DNA from: Epithemia pelagica
Taxonomy: Eukaryota; Protista; Bacillariophyta
Length of the DNA stretch: 64,000 nucleotides
Direction: 5' to 3'
NCBI GenBank assembly: GCA_946965045.2
Contig: OX337235.1
Coordinates: 2,790,001-2,854,000 of the forward strand
Under the pieces are notes generated by a model. That model was given only the letters and a program-made list of their open reading frames with translations. It had not been told where the DNA came from and made no database searches. The stretch's first letter is position 1, and each line of letters starts with the position of its first letter. Shown here piece by piece: positions 12,201 through 22,244 of this stretch. Position numbers and translations under genes: made by a program.

Positions 12201-12900
12201 CGGATTGTCTCGCGATAATCCGACTGTTCCCTAGCTGTGGGCGATATATATGCACCAACCAGCCCGAAGGACCGATGCCCAGACACGACAACCAACGAGA
12301 CAACGTCATGGTCCCAGACCTTGAACTATTCGATGGAAAATTGTGGATGCTTTGTCTTGAAAATAAAAACTACACCACCCCGAGAGCTCGAACGAGCACC
12401 GCTCGCCGCCACCGTGTAACCGAAGCATGACTTCGTGTGTCGGTCGGTTGCAAGCTTCGTTTCTGTCAAGAGAGCAATGTCCACATTCATTTTCTTCATA
12501 CTCTTTATCGTCGCCTCAAGGTTGCCTCCTTGAGCACTTCTCATGTTCAGTGTCCCCACCCGCAGGCGCGCACCTGTAACCTCAGTTCCAGCCCCGTCGT
12601 AGGGCGTGATAGGCGATGAGAGATGACCCGCGCGCACACTTTTCTTCCTCAAAAAATTGTTGAAAACCACCGCGTCGACAATGGGACGATGCCAGCACCG
12701 ATATCTCGACACGGAAACTGCTTTCGACCCAGTCCAAGCGCAAACTGAACCCAGCACGAGTACTAACAGTAACGCGGTGTATCCCATTTCCCATTACCCC
12801 AAATCGTATGATTAGAGGTCTCTCCTGCTTGCCACACAGGAGAGGGGGTTGCATGGCCGTGTGGTGTGTGTGTGTGTATGCGATTATTCTTTTAACCAGG
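9258..12900 (-). mobile_element. RTE-like non-LTR copy B: near full length (APE-RT-zinc fingers-C-terminal domain), inactivated
   Basis: VGTLNMRS, LLTETKL, LGDFNA, CDYIL and TDHRMV (APE); RGIALL, DLTKAYD, GVRQGDIISP and YYADD (RT); FTYLGR and YGSETW. Stops at ~12326 and ~10309 plus frameshifts. Confidence 0.9.
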
Positions 12901-12983
12901 CTAGCTAGTCTAGAACTGTCCCGACGGGATAAATCCTTTGGGCTCTCGCTGGCAGTGTCAGTACTTGCAAAGTAACCCGGAAA

Positions 12984-15563
12984 TTAGAATGAGAATTCCG
13001 AGCTTTCAGAGGAGGAACTTACGCAGCAATCAAACTGAGTGTACTGTTGGTGGAACCGATTGAAATTACGGACATGGCCGGCTGTAGTCTGTTTGGTGGA
13101 GTCGTTATAGGTTGGAGAGAATTTCAAGTATGTGAGATAGAAACGTTCACGGCGAAGGTTGACGTAGTGCATGATGGGTTGAAGTCCGCATCTTTGAAAC
13201 GTGCTTGCTGCGGACGGATAAACCCAGGTGAGGTCCTCCGGGTTATCCTCTGTGTACGTTGGATGAACGTACATCCGTGTCAGGTGCCGGGCGCAACCGA
13301 CATGGAAGGATGTCAGTAGTTGTTGCATTCGGGGCGTGAATGTCCACGTCTCGCTCCCGTACAGCAGGACAGTAGATACAACCACCAGATACATCCGGGT
13401 GCGCATTGCCAGAGATGCGCGTTGCGAACGAAGAAGACGAGAAAGTGCGCCCCATTTCGCCCGCGATCTTTCAATATTCCGCTGGCATGCCTCTAAGTCA
13501 TCATCCTCCGAATTGAGGACTCGTCCGAGGTACGTGAATGAAGACACTTGACCAATTGGCTTGCCTTTGACGAAGAACTGCGGAAGGTTTGCGAGTTGTT
13601 CCGCCAAAGCATCAGCGGCCTTTCGGCTGTCGAACTTTCGTTTCCCATTTTGGCATATCGCCGAAGCAAGATGACGCCGTGTAGGAGCCGGACCTTTGAC
13701 GTATTGATTACACTCGGTACACCGGACATAACCCAACTCACCCAACACATGTATTTCGTCGACAGGGTGGCGCGCGGCAAAGTGTCTACGCAACGCTGTG
13801 CTGGTTCCCGCCTCGTAAGGACAGAACGGTACTGGGCACGCCGTTGTTGTATTGTTGGTCGGTTTGCAAACCACGTAATTTCTTGGTCCACTCGCGCGAA
13901 CCGGGGTAGGCGAGTAGAAGTCGATCCGACGTGGGCCAACCGATTCAGGGTGTGAATGTTGGATATGCCGTTGAACACATCTCCGTTGCAAACGGCCATG
14001 GCACACGGGGCAAGATACCATCTCGCGACCCCGCTCGATATACGAGTCGCGGCCTCCCGTGACCACGTTGCAGTATGTGCCGTGTTGGATTCTGTGAACC
14101 CGATGCTTGCCCGCAACGAACATCCATTTGGTTTTACGAACATTGACGTCAATGCCGAACCGTTCGAAAATCTCGACGACTGCATCTAACGAAGCTTGTA
14201 CTCCATCAGGATTGACCCCAGCACCAATCAACCCGTCGTCCGCATAAAATTGCAGCAGAGGCAAGTTCGCCTCTGAAAGTTCCACTTCTCGCAATCGCTC
14301 TCGTTCCAAACGAAGAACCGCATCAACCAAAATATTAAAAAGAGTGGGGGATATTATGTCGCCTTGCCTGACACCACGTGTGGTCGTAATACATTTTCCA
14401 AACCTGCCACCGCGCTTTGGAACCATACCGCTGTCATTCCAGGCATTGCGCAATACGGCAATACACCTGGGTCCCAGCCCATAGTGCTCTAGCATGGTGA
14501 ATAACCGGTCACGGTCCACCGTATCGTAGGCCTTGGTTAAATCAAGAAAGACCAAAAATAGAACCTCACCCTTGCATCTCGTTGCTTCGACTAGGGCTTT
14601 TGCTTCTGCTATTGCAGTGGTACAGCTCCTGCCGCACCGAAATCCGTGTACCCCTTTGTGCCAGGATACCGCGCTGTTTATTCTCCTATTAATGATAGCA
14701 CTCGTGAGTTTGTAGAGTGTTTCCAGGAGTGCAATTCTGCGAAATTTCCCGGGCTCTTGCTTTGGTATTAGGACCAAGGCCGCTTGTGAAAATTCCGGAG
14801 GTACGTCACCAAATTGAAAGATCTCTTGAACCATGTCGACAGCTACTGACCAATGGAGCTGAGCTCCAAAGGTTTCGTCGTCAATCTCCGGCTCTTTCGG
14901 CTCGCCTTGACGATGCCAGACTGTCTCCACTTTTCTCGCTGCTGTGGCCCAGCGTTTGATATCCTCCGTGCAAATACCAGTCGGGCCTGGGGCTTTCCCG
15001 TTGCGCATGGGCCCCAGTGCCACCCTGATCTCGTCTTCGCTCGGAACCTCGTCTTTAATTCCAAACCCATTGCCCACTGGATTCGGTGGGGGCTCTCCAA
15101 TCTCGTCGATACTCTCATTCTTCGCAAAAAGTGCACCGTATTCCGTCTCAATGGCCTCCATTTCGCACCGTGCGAGTGGGAGGTTGGTACCGCTCTTTCT
15201 TTTGTACCACGCTGAAAGGACTTGCCATGCCCGTTTGCCGTCCGTTGGTATGAGCCTCTCAACCGTCTCCAACATCTTGTCCATGCGGGCTTTCCGGTCT
15301 CGTTGGAGGAGCGCCACGGTAACTCGTTTCACAGTTTGGTACCGACGTCGTCGGACTGCATACTCCTCGTATACCGCAGCGGTGTTGCTTTTGTTTGTTG
15401 TTGTTGTTCTCTGTGTGCGAAGGGACCCACATTTCAGTCCTTGTCGTCTCTTTTCTGCTATAGCCTTCCAGGTATCGGCCCTGATCCAATCGCTTAGTGG
15501 CTTATGTGGTTTCGTCTCTTGCACGTCTGCTCTTAGTTGGTGGAGTGATTTGTCTGCTGCAAA
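12984..15563 (-). mobile_element. RTE-like non-LTR copy C: 5'-truncated (no APE), uninterrupted RT-zinc finger-C-terminal ORF
   Basis: Open frame of ~860 aa with PGPTG, RRIALLETLYK, QHGF-equivalent VHGFR, DLTKAYD, GVRQGDIISP, FYADD, three Cys/His zinc motifs, FTYLGR and LLYGSETW. Confidence 0.92.
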
Positions 15564-16915
15564 GGTTCTGTTCACTGCCATTTGGTTGTTGGCATGGATT
15601 GCCAGTGCTGAGACAATGCTATGGGCCAGTGATGCTTTAGCATAGTGTGCCAGGGAATAAATGTTTGCTTCGGGGAAGATCATTTTCATGGTCCTTTTGG
15701 CTTCGGCAAGGAGGTTGGACGGGGACTGTGGGAGCTCCTGGTACCTGGTACAAGGCGAATGCTGCTGGGTGTGCTGTGCTCCGCGTTGGTGATTTTCCAA
15801 AATGTGGGTCGGTCCCGTTAGGTGGCTGTGTGGTGGTGAAGGGGTGTGGGTGTTCAGTGTCAAACAACAGTCGTGGGCAAAACCACCACCAAGGGAACCA
15901 AGGTGGTCCACTGTGAATGGCACAAGGTAGATGCTGTTGTGGAAGAGATGGGTGGCAGTGTCACTGTCCCTGCAGTACTTGGTGCGAGCGGCATCATTGT
16001 GTGTCCTGGAGGCAGAAGTTGTGAGGGCATTATTCCAATTATGTTGGCAGGCAAGGCCCGGTGGTTCGACGTGGACGTCGTGGACAGAGTCGACCACCCC
16101 TGCGGCGGGAGTGGCACGGCGGAGAAGGTCATACAACGTGTCACGGATCGAGTTGGAGAGGGCTATCTTGGACCCCTGGGAGCAGTGGAAGAGGTGGTCT
16201 CCTTCCATGTCCATTGGTTTTGTGCATCGACAGGCTTGGGTGTTGGTTCGGAGCAAGGGAAGGCGGAGTTTCCGTCGTAACGCTGTCCGGAAGATGGGAT
16301 TGCTTAGGTGGAAGCATTCGGCAGGCTGTGGTGGGAGGTGCAGTGCGAGACTGGTCAATGGCGAGAGGAGGGCGGGCAAGCTACTGCGTTGTGTGGCCGG
16401 GGTGGATTCGATGAGTTGGGGAATCACGTGTTCCTTGAGGACGTGGTTGAGTTGGCAGTTGTGGGTATTGTGGTCGAACCTGTCAATATCACTGCGTCGG
16501 CATACTCTTTTATGAGCAGGGACGGGGCCTTCTGGAATGAAGTGAGGGCGGGGTCCTCACTGCATTCCCAGTCTTGGAACCGGTGCTGGTATGGGAGGGG
16601 GACGGGTGTCTCCTTGGAGTGGGCCAGTTTCAAGGCTCGGGCGGTTTGTGTTAGTAACCGGGGGAAGGCCGTTGCGGCCGCATGGTGGTAGCCTAATCCT
16701 CCCAGACGGTTGGGAAGGGTTGCAATCAAGGTGGAGGTCGCTGTGACAGCTGCCTGTGGCGTGGAGGTGATGGTTGCAATGAACTCAGCAATCAACGGGG
16801 TGGTTTTGCGTGTTGTTGGGCTTTCCCACAGACTGGACCGTGGGTTGGAGTTTGGGTGGGCGAGGGTGATGTCGGTGGGGAGAAGGTGCAAGATCTCCGG
16901 GACGAAGGAGTAACG
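15564..16915 (-). mobile_element. Second CRE-like remnant (post-RT region, zinc knuckle, RLE with internal deletion), fused in frame to copy C
   Basis: TLPNRLGGLG, FRTALRRKLRLP, CRC...GDHLFHC (zinc knuckle) and VHVEPPGL. Bases 15564-16031 are nearly identical to 7296-7761. Confidence 0.75.
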
Positions 16916-17090
16916 AAAAAGGTGTACAAACTTTGTGCATGAATCTTTTCGTTTGGGGGGATGAAAGTCAACTCCGACCAGCCATAGCTACTTTTGAAGC
17001 TTATAGAAACACGTGTCGCGGTACTGAATGACCCTACAGTGTAGAAACGATGACAATTTTTGTCCCCAAACTGGGGGACAAAATAATGAT

Positions 17091-17176
17091 GTCTTCTTGA
17101 TCCACAACAAAAACAACAGACTACACGTGTCTTGTCTTCTTGATCCACACCAAAAACAACAGACTACACGTGTCTA
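17091..17176 (+). repeat. Two tandem copies of a ~43-bp unit
   Basis: TCTTCTTGATCCACA(A/C)CAAAAACAACAGACTACACGTGTCT occurs twice in tandem. Confidence 0.9.
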
Positions 17177-17455
17177 TGGATTTTTCGTGCAACGCGACAG
17201 AGACAAGAGACAAAGATAAAAAAAGAGAGAGAGAGAGACAAAGAGACAAGCAACCGTTCCGACATCCAACGAGTGTGAATCTTCCCGGAAATTCTACTAG
17301 AGTATTGGTGTGGCGCCATTGGTGGTCGGACCCAACAACAGAGCTTTCTTGGAACCAACGCACAGTAGTCTCATCACACGGTCCAGTCGTTGTTTGCTGG
17401 TGTGTGTGTGTGTTCGTTTGGACTGCGTGGACGACTCCCAATCCAACCAGCCATC

Positions 17456-18796
17456 ATGCTTTCCTCTCACCACCACACCAACCGCCAGGGACCACGCCAG
17501 AGTACGACTACTCGCAAACAAAAACAACAACAAGAGGGTACATCCTCCTCCTTTAGTCCTCGAAGACCTGCCAAACCAGTTTCACAATCCACGAGTAGTC
17601 GAGGAGGAGGACAAGGGATCATGATTCAGCCACTCTCCTTTCCCGGCAATGAAAAAGTCGATGACGGAATTGTTTCCTCCTCCTGGGGAGATGATGGTGG
17701 TGGTGGTGGAACGTCCACCTCGTTTGAAGAAGAATATTCCTTGCGCGAAAATGTTCCCTCCTGGACGGACCATGACCATCCTGTTTTCAATGCCACAACC
17801 ACTACGGAATCACCCCAGGTCGCATCCTCCGCCTCGACATCGTCGGCGGGGAAAACCACCTTGTCGGATCATGCCTTGGAGGATTATTTTTTTTATGGAG
17901 ATTATGACGTGGGTTCCTTGATTGGAGATTACGACTTGCCCCAACACATGAGCTCCCCCGACGACGATCCAACGACGACGACACGACAGGCTACCGCAAG
18001 TCACCAGCAGCCCGAGTATTCGGCGGCATTGACGGCGGGTCACGAAGTCATTTTGGTCGATCAAGTGCCCTCCTCCTTTTCAGGCGGTGGAGGATACGAT
18101 GAAATTTTTTCGCAATTTGGCTTGACCACGGGAAGCACGGCCAGTCGTCACAGTCATGCGGCGGCGGCATCGGATCCTATTCACGCGCCGTTTCGACGTC
18201 CACCGTCGTCGCATTTGCGGTCCAAGGGACACCAAGTGGTCCATCAGGCATCGTCTCCCGGTCGAACCACGACAGGAACCAGTGACTCGGAGGACCCGGA
18301 TGACGACGACGACGATCGTCACGAGGATACCGAACTAGGTCGAAAACGACGCCGCCGACGACGCCAACGAAAGAAACTGGCGCGACAATTGTCGTGTCGG
18401 AGTGCACAACGAGACAAGCAGCAACAGCAGCAACAACTGGAACAACCACCACAAGACCATCTTCCGCAAAGTGTCTTGACGGTCAAAGTGTTTGGCCTTT
18501 GTCGTTTGGATGTTCTCATTGCCTTGATACTCGTCGTGGTGGCCCTGTCGTTGGGATCCGCCGTGGTCGTGGCCATTATTCAACACAAAAATGACCAGGA
18601 GGAAGGAGCACCATTATTGGAGGGTGACGACCTCGAACTCGAACCAAGTCGAGTCCCCACGGTACGACCCACGTCGTCGGCTCCCTCGTCGTCCTTTTCC
18701 TCTCCTCCCAGTGCGGCTCCATCGATTGGACAAGAAACGAATAGCCTTTCCATTACACCCTTTCCCTCCTTTGCGGACCACCACACTCCTCCATAA
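17456..18796 (+). CDS. Hypothetical low-complexity single-pass membrane protein
   Basis: Long ORF containing one strongly hydrophobic helix (VLIALILVVVALSLGSAVVVAII) preceded by a basic stretch and followed by a Ser/Pro-rich stalk. The 3' end may be spliced. Confidence 0.6.
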   Translation: MLSSHHHTNRQGPRQSTTTRKQKQQQEGTSSSFSPRRPAKPVSQSTSSRGGGQGIMIQPLSFPGNEKVDDGIVSSSWGDDGGGGGTSTSFEEEYSLRENVPSWTDHDHPVFNATTTTESPQVASSASTSSAGKTTLSDHALEDYFFYGDYDVGSLIGDYDLPQHMSSPDDDPTTTTRQATASHQQPEYSAALTAGHEVILVDQVPSSFSGGGGYDEIFSQFGLTTGSTASRHSHAAAASDPIHAPFRRPPSSHLRSKGHQVVHQASSPGRTTTGTSDSEDPDDDDDDRHEDTELGRKRRRRRRQRKKLARQLSCRSAQRDKQQQQQQLEQPPQDHLPQSVLTVKVFGLCRLDVLIALILVVVALSLGSAVVVAIIQHKNDQEEGAPLLEGDDLELEPSRVPTVRPTSSAPSSSFSSPPSAAPSIGQETNSLSITPFPSFADHHTPP

Positions 18797-18898
18797 AGAC
18801 ACTGTCCGTAGCAGCAGCAGAATGGTTTGGGAAGTAACGACTAGGTAGTACTAGAGACACACACGTTAACTAGTTTCAGGAACTGTGTATGACTTTTT

Positions 18899-19987
18899 TT
18901 ACGCAGCTTGAGACGCTGTTTGGTCCGCCTTGTTGTCCTTGTCGTCGTTGTGGTCCTTGTCGTTGGTCGACACGTGGTCCGTTGGTTCGACCACGCCACA
19001 ATCCGTGACAAACAATTCGTACGAAATGGGAATTCCGGCATCTTTCATGGCCAATTGTTCTTGCCACTCTTGAACGTGTTGGAGCGATTCCGGTGTCAAT
19101 TGTCCAATGGCTCGATGAATCCCATCCAAATGTTGACCTTGTTGGGTACACAAAATAAAACGACTGTCGACTTCGTGGACGCGTTGCACGAGCATGGTGA
19201 CGGTCCCGGGAATGTGCCAGAGGGCGAGGGGATCGGAAAAAATGGTGCGACGCAAGGGTTCGGCCGTTTGACGCAAAAAGTGATTGGCCTGTTCCGGTGG
19301 ATAGTCGTAGGGTGCCGCCAATCCCGTCTTGCCGGTATTGGACAAGACATCGCCGCCACACAATCCCACGAGTTTTTCAAAGCGATAGAATTTGGTCCCC
19401 TTGTACCCATACTTGGGCAATTGACACAATTGCAGGAAATTGTGCGTGGATTCCGGCATGACAGTCGTGGCCAAGTGCATCGTCAAGCGCGTTTTGGGAC
19501 CCGTCAAGGTCTCGAGGGGTGGCACAAAGGCCACATGACCCGATTTCCGGTCCACTTCCAAGGCTTGATCTTGTTGTTCGAGCCGTTCGGCCGTATATTC
19601 CAGATTGCGCGGTTCCAACACGACATCCATGTACACGGTCGTGTGGCCCAAGGCCAAAATGGCCGCATTCCATTCTTGACAGTCTTGCAAACTTTCGCGA
19701 TCGTAATAATCGCCCTGCAAATGACGACCGCCCTTGCCGGCCCGATAATTCACATACCAGCCATGACCGCGGGCGCCCCGAGGACCACCTCCCATCCATC
19801 GACATTGTTGGCCTGTCGTAGTAGTCGTTGCGGGAGTAGGTGTGCCACCTCGATAGGACTGCCACCATGAGGGGTACTGCTGCGAGGCTGCTGCAGCACC
19901 CACCATCATCCTCGTAGTGCTGGTGGATCCAGCAAGGAGTGGGCTTTTTCGTGTGAGCAACAAGCGTTGCGATACAGAACCGGACAT
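18899..19987 (-). CDS. Divergent cyclophilin-like (PPIase fold) protein with mitochondrial-type transit peptide
   Basis: MPESTHNFLQLC...GYKGTKFYR...CGGD...NTGKTG and SRFILCT...HLDGIHRAIGQ match the cyclophilin pattern; the N-terminus is Arg/Ser/Thr-rich. Confidence 0.8.
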   Translation of the reverse strand: MSGSVSQRLLLTRKSPLLAGSTSTTRMMVGAAAASQQYPSWWQSYRGGTPTPATTTTTGQQCRWMGGGPRGARGHGWYVNYRAGKGGRHLQGDYYDRESLQDCQEWNAAILALGHTTVYMDVVLEPRNLEYTAERLEQQDQALEVDRKSGHVAFVPPLETLTGPKTRLTMHLATTVMPESTHNFLQLCQLPKYGYKGTKFYRFEKLVGLCGGDVLSNTGKTGLAAPYDYPPEQANHFLRQTAEPLRRTIFSDPLALWHIPGTVTMLVQRVHEVDSRFILCTQQGQHLDGIHRAIGQLTPESLQHVQEWQEQLAMKDAGIPISYELFVTDCGVVEPTDHVSTNDKDHNDDKDNKADQTASQAA

Positions 19988-20265
19988 TTTCGTTCCTTCG
20001 TTCTTGTGGTGTTCCAAATTATTGTAGACGCTCCTACTGTGGGCTTCCACAACCAACACACAACCGTCAAGGCCAACACACACACACAAGAGAAGAGACA
20101 GAGACGGGCACTGCCAACCATCAAAATCAAAACCATTCGAACCAACGAAACCAAAGATACCCTCCTCGCCACGATTTTTGGGGGCACGACAATTTTCCGC
20201 GACTGATCACTACACGAAGATGCACAGAGGTGCGACCACAGCACAGTCCGTTGCGACCATTATTA

Positions 20266-20382
20266 GGCTATCTCCACCCGAGCGCCGCTATGCTGACGTA
20301 TTCGAGCTTTCTGATTGGCCTCGCTATCCGGATAGTTCAATAGCGGTATTTGGACCATTAGCGGCCCCGGGTGGAGATAGCC
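20266..20382. mobile_element. 117-bp PIF/Harbinger (Tourist-like) MITE
   Basis: Perfect 15-bp TIRs GGCTATCTCCACCCG / CGGGTGGAGATAGCC and a TTA TSD at 20263-20265 and 20383-20385. Confidence 0.85.
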
Positions 20383-22244
20383 TTATGCCATAGAATTTAT
20401 GGGCCATGGGAGTGGGAGTGGACATCTCCGTGGGTCGGATGTTCAAGAAAAGCTGCGCGGGGAGAGAGACCAGCGAACACATCCTGCCAGTCGGAGCAGT
20501 CTATCCGTCGCGAGGTCTTCACACATAGCTAGAGGAGTGCTAGAGAGAGTAGTCGCATTTGCCGTAAGGCCCAGAGGAAACCGGAATGGCTCCCACGGGC
20601 GGGAAAGGGGAATTTTTGATTGTCTCTTAGGTCTATCTATCTGTAGACCTCGTCTCTCAGGATGGCAGTGTCAGAGCACACGATCCCAGGATTGTGAGCT
20701 CTAGACTCTTGCGCATGGATCGGCAACCAGTATCTTGTGTCCATGAGATAGTCCACCTGGCGCGTCATTGCCCGACATGCGCGCGCTCCACTGCCCTGCT
20801 CCGACGTACGCACGACAGACACGGACCGGCAGATGAGGTCCAGTGCAAGAGAAATCTCGCAGTGTGTCCGTCCAAGATGTGTATCCTCCTGATTCCAATG
20901 GTCGGTCGGTGGTTCGCCCAAACGGCGAAAAGAGATCCTGACAGACAGACGAGAACCATCCATGAATTCCGTTCGGAATGTTGTGTGTGTGTCTGCTCTG
21001 TTCCCAATCAACGTGGTTGTTTTCTCCGTGCCGAAACGTATCCGAGGATCCTTGCGACTGCCTCTACCGGCGACGGACGGTTCCTCACACTCATATGGAC
21101 AAGCGAGACTGCGAGAAACCTTGTGTGTGTGATTCGAGACGCATCACCATGGGAACGATCCACCAGAAGGAGTTGTTGTTGTGGTTGAAACATGTGCATT
21201 CGTATGTTTTCTACCACGCCAAAGGATGCGCTCTCCCATGGAACTGACACACACGCGTTGTGTAGCCAAGGGCATCCAGATACACTACCGGCGGTTCCCG
21301 CGTTCGTTCCATCCAACTGCCGATACAAGCAGACAAACAAACGGTTAGCTTTGGAAACATGCATGTGCCAGCATGGTTGATTTCAAATCTACTACTGGCT
21401 CACGTCTACAAGACAATCATGGCAACGATTGTTCCCTCAGAGGCAAGAAACCATACCAAAGAGTGCCGCCGAACTATGCAAGGCAAGAGATACTACTGTC
21501 GAACGACTTGACGTGATGGATGGATGTATGGATGTAACGCCAAGAAGGATCCATGGACCTTGGAGTTGGGGAACTGTGCTGGAATGGACGGAACCAAGCC
21601 CGGCGAAATCGCAATGGTGTGACACCAACATAGGCGTTTTACGGGAATACAACTGGATCGTTTGCCTTGGTGATGGCCCATCTCTTGGATGGTATACTAG
21701 ATTGTGCGCTTGATTCCCATGACAAGCAATTGCTCTTCAAGGTCCATTGATAAAAAAGCAAGACTGTATATACAATGAGAGAAAGATCACATGCACTTTG
21801 ATACCAGAAAACTCGAGAGAAAAGTACGAATGCGAATGAATTGTTGACAAACGAATATCAAACTGCAGCAAACGAAACCTTCCATTGAAGGGTCTGCAAG
21901 GAGATGTTTCGTTGAGCATACTTGCAATCGTACCAATGATACTTTCTTTTTTTATATTTGGGACATTCACGAAACTCACATATATCTGTGCCCGACCCAC
22001 CGCTCGCCAATGCTACCTTTCGACGGGCTTTTGATTGTTCTCGTAACTTGCACGAACAGGGATTGTGATTACAGATGAAACTTTGCTTTAAATAATTGAG
22101 AACATTCACTAACTCATATATATATATATGTGTCCGACCAACCTCTCGCCAATGGTCGTGTACCATTGTGTCAACGTGTAGTAGTTGTAGATTGCGAAAC
22201 GGGAACTCGCTGCAGCAGCAGCAGTCCCTACTCCCCTCTGTTTC

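Noticed and set aside
12790-12983. HDV-like or hammerhead ribozyme in the 5' region of copy B
   Set aside because: Only simple hairpins are visible. I could not fit the CUGANGA/GAAA core or the HDV nested pseudoknot by eye; a covariance-model search would be needed.
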